From Sedimenticola sp. (GTDB lineage Bacteria; Pseudomonadota; Gammaproteobacteria; Chromatiales; Chromatiaceae), in NCBI GenBank assembly GCA_027083925.1, contig JALWMK010000033.1, positions 211-64,210 of the forward strand: DNA of 64,000 nt, in the 5' to 3' direction. The translations under genes and the position numbers were made by a program. Below are positions 44,326-54,582 of the stretch, one piece after another. The notes beneath the pieces were generated by a model. The model made no database searches and was not told where the DNA came from. It worked only from the letters and a program-made list of their open reading frames with translations. The number at the start of each line of letters is the position of its first letter. Positions within the stretch are counted from its first letter, which is position 1.

Positions 44326-44825
44326 TGAAGCCCAGGGTTGGCGTCAGTGCTTGCCTGCTGGGGCAGGCGGTGCGCTATGATGGTGCGTCCCTGCCCCAGG
44401 CCTGGATTCAGGATCAGCTGCCCCGATATGCCCAGATCCGGCCCTTCTGCCCGGAGACCGGAGCTGGCCTGGCTGTTCCCCGGCCGGCAGTGCAGCTGGT
44501 GCGTGGCGATGATGCCCGTATTCATGCCCGTGGCGTAGAAGATCCCCGCCTGGACGTGACCGATGCATTGCACCAGTGGGCGGCAACACAGGCAGGGGAA
44601 CTGCAAGTGCTGGATGGCATCATCTTCAAGTCCCGCTCACCCAGTTGCGGGCTGGGAACCACTCCTCTTTTCAATGAAAAAGCTGCTCTTCTGAAAACGA
44701 ATTTTGATGGCATCTTTGCTGCATGGGTGAAAACCAGCTTTCCGGGGCTGGTGCTTTGTGACGATGTGCAGCTGGTGGAAAGGCATGGCCAGGAGCGGTT
44801 TCTTGCGCAATTGCAGAAAAAGTGA
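44325..44825 (+). CDS. DUF523-like protein
   Basis: Starts at MKPRVGVSACLLG (TGATG overlap with the upstream stop). CLLG...RYDG motif as recalled for DUF523. Confidence 0.65.
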   Translation: MKPRVGVSACLLGQAVRYDGASLPQAWIQDQLPRYAQIRPFCPETGAGLAVPRPAVQLVRGDDARIHARGVEDPRLDVTDALHQWAATQAGELQVLDGIIFKSRSPSCGLGTTPLFNEKAALLKTNFDGIFAAWVKTSFPGLVLCDDVQLVERHGQERFLAQLQKK

Positions 44826-44908
44826 TTGAAACGGAATTGCTTGCCCTTGCCAGGCAATGCAACGAAGCGCCCACCGGGGCGGCGCCTGGTTTACTCCCTG
44901 CGGGCCGC

Positions 44909-45673
44909 TCAGGGCGGCGGGTTGCGTTTTTGCCATACCCTGATACTCAGAGGCCAGCTGACTGGCAACAACTGCCCGGGTTGTCCCCACGCAGCGAGAA
45001 TGTCCTCATATAGTTCTTCAACCGGGTCGTTTCCCGTTTCCTGCTGGTATTTCTTCACCGCTGACCAGGTGGACAAATATCCCAAGAGTTTAGACAGGCT
45101 CCATTTTGAATGCATATAGAATACAGGCGCATTGAGTTCTTTGAATGGCAGTTGAACAGCGCTGTAACCATTTTCGACCATTCTCCTTTCAAATGCCCAG
45201 TATTTCGCAAGGATAGATCCATAAAGGTGGCTTACGATCTCATCGATATCATCTGATATTGACAGTAAATTGTAGGTCCAAACAGCCAGAATGCCGTCTT
45301 CTTTCAGCACCCTGTTGGCTTCCACTGAAAATGCCTCTATATCAAACCAGTGAAAGGCTTGGGCAACGGTAATCAAATCGATGGAATATGATGCGAGGCT
45401 GCTGTGTTCTGCTGTGGCAACCTGATAGTGGATATTCTCCTTTTCGGCAGCATTCCTAATTTGTGCTTCGCTTGCATCGGTTGCGATGACTTCGGCGAAG
45501 TGCTCTGCCAACTGCAAAGCAGCTTGCCCGCTACCCGTGGCGCAATCCCATGCTTTTTGGTGATGCACAGAAATTGCCGCCAGGTAGGAAAAGAGTTCTA
45601 CGGGGTAGTTTGGTCGATATCTGCTGTATTCCTTCGAGCTGTCAGAGAAGTAATCTTTGAATTTAGCAGTCAT
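44909..45673 (-). CDS. class I SAM-dependent methyltransferase
   Basis: 254-aa ORF. AWDCATGSGQAA motif I and downstream DLITVAQAFHWF. Confidence 0.8.
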   Translation of the reverse strand: MTAKFKDYFSDSSKEYSRYRPNYPVELFSYLAAISVHHQKAWDCATGSGQAALQLAEHFAEVIATDASEAQIRNAAEKENIHYQVATAEHSSLASYSIDLITVAQAFHWFDIEAFSVEANRVLKEDGILAVWTYNLLSISDDIDEIVSHLYGSILAKYWAFERRMVENGYSAVQLPFKELNAPVFYMHSKWSLSKLLGYLSTWSAVKKYQQETGNDPVEELYEDILAAWGQPGQLLPVSWPLSIRVWQKRNPPP

Positions 45674-45795
45674 TTTCTCAATCCTGATTGTCGCTCAGAA
45701 ACCGTTGACTCATGCGTACGATTTGCACCCTGTGCGGACTCTGGTTTGCTGTAATTCTGTTCGGGTTCCAGTGAAACCTGAACCGGTGGCAGAAT

Positions 45796-45815
45796 CCTGA
45801 ACCCACGGATTCAGG
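45796..45815. repeat. REP-like hairpin CCTGAACCCACGGATTCAGG
   Basis: Self-complementary arms CCTGAA/TTCAGG. Near-identical copies lie at 54405-54424 (inverted), 54546-54564 and 60117-36 (variant). All are intergenic, next to gene ends. Confidence 0.75.
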
Positions 45816-45821
45816 AGAATG

Positions 45822-46808
45822 TCATCCAGACTTGGCCGCAGTTTTTTTCGCTCTCCTGATCAACCAGATTTCCAGCCCCTGGCTATTGAGCTTTATATCA
45901 TCGGCCAGCAGCTGTTCGATGCTGGCTCGGGACAGGCCGGGATGGTGTTGCCGGAGCTGGGACAGGGCATCTTCCATCAACGCCCTGGCTAGCCTCTGCA
46001 TTCTACCTTCTGTGTCGCCGGAGCGTTCTTCTGCGAGGGCAATGTCTGCGTGGCGGTGAATGGAGTCACGTAATTGCTGTTGCCATTTTATCGGTTGCTG
46101 CAACGGGCCAAAATGGGTGAGGCAGACAAGGTTCGGCTGCATGGCCATCATCTTGTCCAGGGATTTCATCCAGGATTCAGGGTTGAATGCTACGGGCGTT
46201 GTTGTGGCCATGAGCCAGGGAACGCCCTGGTAGTCGAGTTCCCGGTAATGCAAGCCAAAGCTGTCGCCGGTATACAGCGATGCGCTTTCATAGTCGAAAA
46301 AGCAGCCATGATGATTGGCGTGACCTGGTGTGTCGATGAACGATAAATGGCGTTTCCCCAATGCAAGCGGTTCCCCATCTTCGAGGACATGGCAGCGGTT
46401 TTCTGCCGCGGGGATCAGGGAGCCAAAGGCGTGCTCAAACGTTTCCCTGCCATACACGGCTATGGCGCCTTGTTGCAGGCGTGATGGATCGATCAGGTGT
46501 GGCAGCCCCCTGGCGTGGGTCGCAAGCGTTGCGTTCTTGCAGTGGCTGAGCAAGGCGCCTGCACCTCCGGCATGATCGAGATGCACATGGGTGGGCAGAA
46601 TCCAGCGCACCTGGTCAGTGGAAAAGCCAAGCTGCTGAATCAGCTGCACCAGTCCTGCAACATTATTGCGGGTGCCCGTGTCGATAAAAGCCAGTTCGCC
46701 ATCATCATGCAGCAGGTAGCAGGCGGTGTGCCGTGGGCGGTTCAGGCCGGTGTCTATGCACCAGCTGTGCGCGTCTGTTACCTCATAAGCCAGCCCGTTG
46801 GTTGCCAT
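45822..46808 (-). CDS. MBL-fold metallo-hydrolase
   Basis: 328-aa ORF. THVHLDHAGG motif. Confidence 0.8.
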   Translation of the reverse strand: MATNGLAYEVTDAHSWCIDTGLNRPRHTACYLLHDDGELAFIDTGTRNNVAGLVQLIQQLGFSTDQVRWILPTHVHLDHAGGAGALLSHCKNATLATHARGLPHLIDPSRLQQGAIAVYGRETFEHAFGSLIPAAENRCHVLEDGEPLALGKRHLSFIDTPGHANHHGCFFDYESASLYTGDSFGLHYRELDYQGVPWLMATTTPVAFNPESWMKSLDKMMAMQPNLVCLTHFGPLQQPIKWQQQLRDSIHRHADIALAEERSGDTEGRMQRLARALMEDALSQLRQHHPGLSRASIEQLLADDIKLNSQGLEIWLIRRAKKTAAKSG

Positions 46809-46819
46809 TGTCGTTTTGC

Positions 46820-48193
46820 TCAGGAATCCTTTTCCTTGTTGTCTATTCCCAGCTTGCTCAACCGATAGCGAAATGAACGGAAGCTGATGCCCAGCCGGCT
46901 GGCGGCGGAGGTCTTGTTCCAGCGGGTTTCCTCCAGCGCCTGCAGCAGGAGGTTGCGTTCGACCCTCGCCAGATAATCTTCCAGGCTTTCACCTGCCAGC
47001 CTTGTTTCTGCCTCAGCGCCAATGGTTTGTGATGCATTGAGAAGGCCGAGGTCTTCGAGGGTGATGATGTCGTTTTCATAAAGTGCAAAAGCCCGCTCCA
47101 GCGTGTTTTCCAGTTCCCGCACATTTCCGGGAAACGGATGGTTTTTTAGTGCTTCCAGCGCATCATTTTGCAACGCAGGTACGGGCTGCTGGTAATTGCT
47201 TGCGATGTTTTTCAGAAGATGTTCAATGAGATCGGGGATATCTTCCGGGCGTTCGCGCAAGGCTGGCATGCCCAGTTCGATGACGTTCAGGCGGTAATAC
47301 AGATCCTGGCGAAATCCACCATCCTGAACGCGTTGCGCAAGATTCTGGTGGGTAGCACTGATGATGCGCACATCCGTGCGCAGTTCTTTGATTGCGCCGA
47401 CCGGGCGTACCAGTTTTTCCTGTATGACGCGCAGCAGTTTTACCTGCATGGAAAGCGGCAGGTCTGCCACTTCATCCAGAAACAGGGTGCCTCCCTCGGC
47501 TTCCTGAAACAGCCCATTCTTGTCCGCGGTCGCCCCGGTGAAAGATCCTTTTTTATGTCCGAAAAGTTCGCTTTCCATCAGCTCGTGGGGTATTGCACCA
47601 CAGTTCACAGCAACAAAGGGTTTGTCATTTCTGGGGCTGAGCTGATGAATAAGCCGGGCGGCCAGTTCCTTGCCGGTGCCGGATTCGCCAGTGATATGCA
47701 CTGGCGCCTGGCTGCGTGAAAGCTTGCCGATCAGGGATCGCACCTGGTTCATGCATGGCGAAGTTCCCCGCAACGGGCATTCTGCTTCGTTTTCTATGGG
47801 TGGGCGGGTGGTGCCATTCTTTGTCTGGTGCAGCTTTAGTGCGGTGTTCACCAGCTTGCGCAATACCGGCAGGTCTACGGGTTTGGACACGAAGTCAAAT
47901 GCGCCTGCTTTCAGCGCCTGGATCGCGGTTTCCATGTTGCCATGGGCGGTGATCATTGCCACTGGCGTGCCTGGATACAGATGGTGTATTTCTCTGACCA
48001 GATCAATGCCATCCCCATCGGGCAGGTGCATGTCGGCCAGACAAAGATGGAACTGTTGATGGGCGAGGGCGGAGCGCGCCCTGGCCAGGTTTTCCACCGT
48101 GACGGTGTCGATATCCATGCGCGCCAGAGTGATCTCCAGCAGTTCGCGGATATCAGGCTCATCGTCAATGATCAGGGCAATGGGGCGGTTCAT
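46820..48193 (-). CDS. pilR: sigma-54-dependent response regulator PilR-like
   Basis: Starts at MNRPIALIIDDEPD (48193). [16 protein letters not shown] and a C-terminal Fis HTH. It follows a PilS-like kinase. Confidence 0.8.
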   Translation of the reverse strand: MNRPIALIIDDEPDIRELLEITLARMDIDTVTVENLARARSALAHQQFHLCLADMHLPDGDGIDLVREIHHLYPGTPVAMITAHGNMETAIQALKAGAFDFVSKPVDLPVLRKLVNTALKLHQTKNGTTRPPIENEAECPLRGTSPCMNQVRSLIGKLSRSQAPVHITGESGTGKELAARLIHQLSPRNDKPFVAVNCGAIPHELMESELFGHKKGSFTGATADKNGLFQEAEGGTLFLDEVADLPLSMQVKLLRVIQEKLVRPVGAIKELRTDVRIISATHQNLAQRVQDGGFRQDLYYRLNVIELGMPALRERPEDIPDLIEHLLKNIASNYQQPVPALQNDALEALKNHPFPGNVRELENTLERAFALYENDIITLEDLGLLNASQTIGAEAETRLAGESLEDYLARVERNLLLQALEETRWNKTSAASRLGISFRSFRYRLSKLGIDNKEKDS

Positions 48194-48206
48194 GTGGAAA
48201 ATCCCT

Positions 48207-49835
48207 TTAGTTGTGGTGTTTGTTGCCAAGGCTGAATTTTAACCTGAAACAGTTGCCGCCGCTGGATACTGGCAGATAACTGATGCGGATGTTGTTTGCG
48301 TCACATAGTTCCTTGACGATATAGAGGCCCAGGCCGGTGCCCTGGTTGCTGGTGGTGAAAAAAGGTTCGAATACCTTGTCTACCACGTCCGAAGGGATGG
48401 GTTTGCCATTGTCTATGACAGCAATATAGCCTTCCTGAATGCCGGAATCCATACCCCCGGTAAGAGAGATGAGCAGGTCTCCGGCCTTGTGTGACTGGTG
48501 CTTGACGGCATTTTCGACCAAGGCGCTGATGATCTGGAATACCTGCTGTGGATCAAATGCCAGTGTTGTGTCCGGCGGTGATACATAGGAGATCATCTGG
48601 TCAGGCTGTAGCTGATGGCTGTTGCCAAGTTCCTTGCATAGCTTGCTCAACCATATATCGAGCCTGATTCTCTCCGGCTTGACTATCCGTTGCCTGGACA
48701 GGGAAAGGATGTTTTCAATGACCTGGTTCAGGCGGGAAGTATTCCCGTTGATGATTTCAGTCATGCGCCGGTCTGTTCCCTGCAGGTGCTGGGATTCCTG
48801 GAGCAGCTGGCTAGCGTGGCCGATGGCGCCAAGGGGGTTGCGGATCTCGTGGGCAATGCTGGCGACCAGCTTGCCCAGCGAAGCCAGCTTCAGCTGCTGG
48901 GCTGCTTCGGCGGCCCTGGATGCATCGTCCAGGAATATCAAGGTGCCGGTTTTTTCATTCTCGCCCAGACGCTGAAATTTGATCAGCAGGTCGCTGCCCT
49001 CCGTATGCGTATGCAAATGGCGTTGTTGAGAATAGGGTTGTTTTTCCCAGTTCTCGAGAGATTGCGCCAGGTCGCTGCTGATCTGGCTCAGGGAGTAGCC
49101 CACAGTGCTGATCGGGCGTCCGAGAAACTGCCACGCCGCATCGTTCAACATTCTGATGCGGCCGCCATTGTCCAGAACCACCACGCCAGTTTGCATATGA
49201 TGTATGACCTGGTCATTCAGTTCGGTAAGGTCTGCAATATCCTTGCCCTGTTGCTTTACCAGCTTTTCACTGAGCTGGGTGCGGGCAGCCAGTTCATGGG
49301 AAAGGAAGGCCAGGGCAAAATAGGAACTGCCGAGCATGACCAGCAGCGTAAAGTTGTTGAACGGCTGTTCGTGGATGACAGACTCCAGATAGGCCCCCAG
49401 AAAAATGGCGCCAGCGGCAATGGCTGCGGAAAGCATGGCGATGCGTGTCGGCATGCCTTGGGCGCCAAAAGCAATGGAGATGCCCAGCAGTATCCCTAGG
49501 CCGGATTCTGCTCCCCCGGAGGTGTACAGCAGGATGCTGATCACAACGCTGTCAACCAGCATGGCGAAAGCGTATTCCAACTGCATAGAATCCAGATCGA
49601 AAAAACTCAGCGCCAGAGACGCGATGGCGAGAACCAGATAAGCCAGGATGGTGATGACATGGAGGGCGGGGGCGGTAGCGCCAAGAAAGGAAGAGCCTGT
49701 ATTTGCCATGCTGAAGACCAGCAGGCCGATGGAAAGTATGACCCGGTAGGTAAAATACAGGCGCATCAAGCGCTTGTTGCGAGCCTGGGACTCGGGCATG
49801 AGAACCAGTCGTTCTGCCAGGCGGTCAGCACGCAT
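48207..49835 (-). CDS. pilS: PilS-like sensor histidine kinase (multi-TM N-terminus, PAS, HisKA/HATPase)
   Basis: Starts at MRADRLAE (TGATG overlap with the PP0621-like stop). About six hydrophobic helices, H-box SIAHEIRNPL, and the motifs DNGKPI and GTGLGLYIV. Confidence 0.8.
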   Translation of the reverse strand: MRADRLAERLVLMPESQARNKRLMRLYFTYRVILSIGLLVFSMANTGSSFLGATAPALHVITILAYLVLAIASLALSFFDLDSMQLEYAFAMLVDSVVISILLYTSGGAESGLGILLGISIAFGAQGMPTRIAMLSAAIAAGAIFLGAYLESVIHEQPFNNFTLLVMLGSSYFALAFLSHELAARTQLSEKLVKQQGKDIADLTELNDQVIHHMQTGVVVLDNGGRIRMLNDAAWQFLGRPISTVGYSLSQISSDLAQSLENWEKQPYSQQRHLHTHTEGSDLLIKFQRLGENEKTGTLIFLDDASRAAEAAQQLKLASLGKLVASIAHEIRNPLGAIGHASQLLQESQHLQGTDRRMTEIINGNTSRLNQVIENILSLSRQRIVKPERIRLDIWLSKLCKELGNSHQLQPDQMISYVSPPDTTLAFDPQQVFQIISALVENAVKHQSHKAGDLLISLTGGMDSGIQEGYIAVIDNGKPIPSDVVDKVFEPFFTTSNQGTGLGLYIVKELCDANNIRISYLPVSSGGNCFRLKFSLGNKHHN

Positions 49836-50044
49836 CAGGGGTTGTCCTTTTGTGCATGCTCCTTGCTGCAATATGACTTGCTATTGTGCTGGACTGCTTC
49901 GTCTTCCGGAATATGCAGGCCACAATATTTGCAGGAAAGCATATTCTTGATTTGTGGCTTGGATGCGGCGGCTCGTCCGCTGCGCAAGGTCCGAAGAACC
50001 CACCAGATGAGGAGCACGGCGATTAACAGAAAGATTATTTTCAT
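49835..50044 (-). CDS. PP0621-family small protein (membrane anchor + Cys-rich tail)
   Basis: 69-aa ORF with an N-terminal helix, then CKYCGLHIPEDEA...YCSKEH. Typical position upstream of a pilS-like gene. Confidence 0.65.
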   Translation of the reverse strand: MKIIFLLIAVLLIWWVLRTLRSGRAAASKPQIKNMLSCKYCGLHIPEDEAVQHNSKSYCSKEHAQKDNP

Positions 50045-50121
50045 GTATAAAAGGATACTAAAAAACCCCGATTCTTTGTGTTACTTTATCACTCTTTCCC
50101 GAGAATTGGAGATATCGCCAG

Positions 50122-51729
50122 ATGCCAGCAACCATTGCCCTTGCCCAAGGTGATTTTCTGGTTGGAGATATCAGGGGCAATGTCCGGCGGGTGCTGGATT
50201 TTGCCGTACAGGCGCGAGATGAGCAGGGAGCGTCCGCGGTGGTATTTCCCGAGCTTTGCCTGTGCGGTTATCCCCCGGAAGACCTGCTGCTGCGCCCGGA
50301 ATTTCTTTCTGCTGTCGAAGATGCACTGACGTCCATACGGCAGCAGATTTCCGGCATTGATCTGGTGCTTGGCTATCCCCGGCGACAGAACGGGAAGCTG
50401 TACAATGCAGCCGGGGTTATTCGTGACAGTGTGCTGGTGGCGGAATACTTCAAGGCGGAGCTGCCCAACTACAGCGTATTTGATGAAAAGCGCTATTTTA
50501 CCCCGGGTGAAAATCCCTGCGTGGTGGATGTTGCGGGGATTCCCGCGGGTTTGACCATCTGCGAAGACATTTGGCTGCCTGAACCCGCCCGCAAGGCCGC
50601 TGCTGCCGGGGCGCAGCTGATACTTAATCTGAATGCCTCGCCATACCAGACCGGGAAAGGCAGGGAGCGGGAGCAGATGGTGTCCCGGCGCGCCCGGGAA
50701 AACGGTCTCCCAGTGATCTATGTGAACCTGGTTGGCGGGCAGGATGAACTGGTTTTCGATGGCGCCTCTTTTGTCGTGGATGCTGCAGGGAAACTTCTTC
50801 AGCGCAGCATTTTTTTTGCACCTTCCGTCGAAGCGATCCCGTTCAGGGAGAGCGGGCAGCCATTGCCGGGAACAGTGACTCCCTGTCCGGATGAAGAAGA
50901 GATGATCTATCGCGCTCTGGTGACGGGAGTTCGTGACTATGTGGGGAAAACCGGCTTCCACGGTGTGGTGCTGGGGCTTTCCGGAGGTATTGACTCGGCA
51001 TTGACCCTGGCCATTGCCGTCGATGCCCTGGGGGCAGGCCAGGTGGAAGTGGTGCTCATGCCGTCCCGCTATACTGCCGATATGAGCAACGAAGATGCTC
51101 TGGAACAAGCGCGCCGCATGGGGGTCAGGCACAGCATCATCCCCATCGAGCCCGCCTTCAATGCCTTCCTGGAAATGCTGCGGGAGGAGTTTTCCGGGCA
51201 GCCCATGGATGTTACCGAAGAGAATATCCAGGCGCGTTGCCGGGGCATTATCCTCATGGCGATCAGTAACAAAAGCGGGCGCATGCTGCTGACCACTGGC
51301 AACAAGAGCGAAATGTCCGTGGGTTATGCAACCTTGTATGGTGACATGGCCGGCGGTTTTGCCCCCCTGAAAGACGTGTTCAAGACCATGGTATACAAGC
51401 TGTCGCGCTGGCGTAACCGGAATGCAGAAGTCATTCCTGAACGAGTCATCGTACGGCCACCGTCTGCGGAATTGCGCCCGGATCAACAGGATACGGACAG
51501 CTTGCCGCCATATGATATTCTGGACGAGATACTGCGGCGTTATGTGGAGCAGGATCAGGGAGTGCAGGAGATTGTGGCAGCTGGCTTTGAAGAGCAGCTG
51601 GTGCAACGCATCACGCGCATGGTGGACAGAAATGAATACAAGCGCCGCCAGGCTCCGCCGGGGGTGAAAGTCACCCGGCGTGCATATGGGCGCGACCGGC
51701 GTTATCCTATCGTCAATGGTTATTATTAG
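50122..51729 (+). CDS. nadE: glutamine-dependent NAD+ synthetase
   Basis: 535-aa ORF. N-terminal CN-hydrolase domain (FPEL...CED) plus a synthetase domain with LGLSGGIDSAL. Confidence 0.95.
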   Translation: MPATIALAQGDFLVGDIRGNVRRVLDFAVQARDEQGASAVVFPELCLCGYPPEDLLLRPEFLSAVEDALTSIRQQISGIDLVLGYPRRQNGKLYNAAGVIRDSVLVAEYFKAELPNYSVFDEKRYFTPGENPCVVDVAGIPAGLTICEDIWLPEPARKAAAAGAQLILNLNASPYQTGKGREREQMVSRRARENGLPVIYVNLVGGQDELVFDGASFVVDAAGKLLQRSIFFAPSVEAIPFRESGQPLPGTVTPCPDEEEMIYRALVTGVRDYVGKTGFHGVVLGLSGGIDSALTLAIAVDALGAGQVEVVLMPSRYTADMSNEDALEQARRMGVRHSIIPIEPAFNAFLEMLREEFSGQPMDVTEENIQARCRGIILMAISNKSGRMLLTTGNKSEMSVGYATLYGDMAGGFAPLKDVFKTMVYKLSRWRNRNAEVIPERVIVRPPSAELRPDQQDTDSLPPYDILDEILRRYVEQDQGVQEIVAAGFEEQLVQRITRMVDRNEYKRRQAPPGVKVTRRAYGRDRRYPIVNGYY

Positions 51730-52298
<569 letters not shown>

Positions 52299-52468
52299 AA
52301 GGGCCTTTAATTCCGGTGCAATTTCCGGGTTGATCGTCATCCAGTGATTTGCAGCCAAACCGTGTTGAATCCGGCAGGCTCCTGGCAGGGGCGCAGGCCA
52401 GGAATGAGCGGTGACACACTTTGCGGGTAATCGTTATTTTATTACGGGAGGAGGCTTCCCCCGTATTC

Positions 52469-53704
52469 TCAGTTGTCTTCCAGAAACCTCTGCCATTGTT
52501 CGATATACAACGCTTCTTCTTCAAGAGCGGGAGGAAACACCAGGCGTACACCGGAAAACAGGTAGCCGGCATCTGGTAATCCGGCGCTACGGATGCTGAT
52601 CCGGCGCAGAGCTGGTTGCGTATGAATACAGCCACCGCGCAGCGCCGGGCGTTGGTCAGCAAATTCCTGTGTGCGCATTTCAGGGTCTACAGGCGCTTCA
52701 TAGTCCTGGTAGGGATGCAGGGGGTTGCTACACCATTCCCACACCCGCCCGCCATTTTGCAATGCACCGATGCGGGCAGCCGCTTCCCAGTGGTACTCAT
52801 GGGGCAGCACCGCGCCGCTGAACCCTTCGATGCGTGCTGCGGCCCAGTTTGCATAGGCCTGGGCCTCGTACCAGGAGATGCCACTGACGGGAAGATCGGG
52901 CAGCAGATCCATGGGGCCGTTCAAGCCCAGGGCGTACCAATTTCCGTTTTGATCCTGCCGCCAGTGCCATGGGCAGGTGATGGAATGGCGTTGCTTCCAG
53001 TCCCCTCCCGGTTTGCTCCAGTAGCAATCCTGGTTGTAGCCGCCGTCTTGCAGAAACGCCAGCCATGCAGCGTTATCTGCAGGTTTGTTGCTGATGCGGA
53101 AATTGCGCATTTCCACCATTTGCATGGGCTGTTCGTTGTCGAACATCACCCCGTCGCGGGCGCCGATGCGGTAGTGCCCCTGGGATACTTCCGTGCTGTC
53201 CGCAACTGGTGGGGATGCCTGCAAGGGCTGCTTGACATGGTATTTCCCCTCCTGGGTCACGGAGCGGGCGTGGCGCACGGACAGCATTTGCTCGTAGATT
53301 CGCCCGTGAACCTGCACCAGGTAATCGACAAGCCAGCCTTTTTTCAGCCAGGGGTGATCCGGCAGCTGTGCGGGGTTGGCCAGACGGGACAGATGTTCAT
53401 CCTGTACTTCCAGCGCCCAGTTGAGCAGGTGCTCCTTGGGAGGGAGCTGTTGTTCCTGCTGTGCACTTCGGGGCAGGGGCCGGGCAAAAAACTGCCGCAC
53501 CCTCTTGCTCAGATCATCCTCTGCGAGGATTTTCTCCCGCAGCCACCATAGTTCCAGGTAGACGCTGCGTCCCAGCAGCCAGCCGATGCCGGGGAGGTCT
53601 GGGTGATATTTCCGGTTGATGTCTTCGGCAGGAAGATCTTCCACCAGTTGGGTAACAAGCTGGTGGATGTTACTGAGGGCGCCCAGACTTTGTGGCTGGA
53701 TCAT
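52469..53704 (-). CDS. EgtB/SUMF1-family (DinB-like + FGE-sulfatase domain) non-haem iron enzyme
   Basis: Starts at MIQPQSLG (ATGA overlap with the phoU stop). The C-terminal half carries FGE-family motifs (NGWYALGL…, WEWC, RGGC). No egtD or other ergothioneine genes are nearby. Confidence 0.65.
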   Translation of the reverse strand: MIQPQSLGALSNIHQLVTQLVEDLPAEDINRKYHPDLPGIGWLLGRSVYLELWWLREKILAEDDLSKRVRQFFARPLPRSAQQEQQLPPKEHLLNWALEVQDEHLSRLANPAQLPDHPWLKKGWLVDYLVQVHGRIYEQMLSVRHARSVTQEGKYHVKQPLQASPPVADSTEVSQGHYRIGARDGVMFDNEQPMQMVEMRNFRISNKPADNAAWLAFLQDGGYNQDCYWSKPGGDWKQRHSITCPWHWRQDQNGNWYALGLNGPMDLLPDLPVSGISWYEAQAYANWAAARIEGFSGAVLPHEYHWEAAARIGALQNGGRVWEWCSNPLHPYQDYEAPVDPEMRTQEFADQRPALRGGCIHTQPALRRISIRSAGLPDAGYLFSGVRLVFPPALEEEALYIEQWQRFLEDN

Positions 53705-54360
53705 CCCAGTTCGGGCGTTTCCGCGGTAACCATGAACACCACCCGCTCGGCGATGTTGGTGATGCGGTCGCCGATGCGCTCCAGGTGGTAGGCGATCCAC
53801 AGCAAGTGGGTGGCATGCATGCTGGTATCCGCTGAACTCATGACGGTCATCATCAGGCTGGAACAGGCTTCTTCGTCCAGTTCATCCACCTGGCTGTCAT
53901 GGGAGGCAACGTGCTCGGCAAGCCCTGCATCGAGGTTTTCATAGGCTTCCATGACTTGCACCAGCATGTTCTGGCATAAATCGCCCATGGTGGCAAGACG
54001 ATCCATGGGGCCGGAAAAATCGCTGGCATCCATGTTCAGGACAATATTGGCGATATCCTTGGCATGATCAGAAATGCGTTCCAGTTCGGTGGAGATCTGC
54101 AGGCTGGCGACAACCTCGCGCAAGTCGCTTGCTTTCGGTTCCAGGGTGGCGAGTATCTGCAGGCATTCTTTCTCGACGATGCGCATGAGAAGGTTTTGCT
54201 GCAAATCTGCGTCGACTACTTTTTGCGCCAGATCTGCGTTTTGGGTTTTCAAGGCTTCCATGGCCTGCTCCACGGCCTGATGCGCATTGTCTGTCATCGT
54301 GAACAGGTTGTTATGGATCTGGGCTTCTGCGCGGGCGAGGAGCCTGTGTGGTGTGGTCAT
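53701..54360 (-). CDS. phoU: PhoU-family phosphate signalling protein
   Basis: 219-aa ORF with two PhoU repeats carrying the E/D..RI.D motifs ELERISDHAKDI and HLERIGDRITNI. Confidence 0.8.
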   Translation of the reverse strand: MTTPHRLLARAEAQIHNNLFTMTDNAHQAVEQAMEALKTQNADLAQKVVDADLQQNLLMRIVEKECLQILATLEPKASDLREVVASLQISTELERISDHAKDIANIVLNMDASDFSGPMDRLATMGDLCQNMLVQVMEAYENLDAGLAEHVASHDSQVDELDEEACSSLMMTVMSSADTSMHATHLLWIAYHLERIGDRITNIAERVVFMVTAETPELG

Positions 54361-54404
54361 GCCGCGTTCCGGTAAAGGTTTGGATACGTTGATTTTATCA
54401 TGAT

Positions 54405-54564
54405 CCTGAGTCCGTGGGTTCAGGGCGGTTGCAGCGCGTATGATATTGATTTCCCGGTGAAATCAAAAAATCCTGGCTTCACCCTCAGGTTAAGCGGGCA
54501 TTTTTTGAACCGCTGGGGGATCAAGCGCTTGCGCTATGCGCCGTTATGAACCCACGGATTCAGG
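54405..54564. repeat. 160-bp MITE-like unit bounded by 18-bp inverted REP hairpins
   Basis: Left end CCTGAGTCCGTGGGTTCA. The reverse complement of the right end is CCTGAATCCGTGGGTTCA (17/18). The interior carries GATCAAGCGCTTGCGC, related to the 20069/20118 repeats. Confidence 0.7.
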
Positions 54565-54582
54565 ATGATGTGCAGATGCCGG

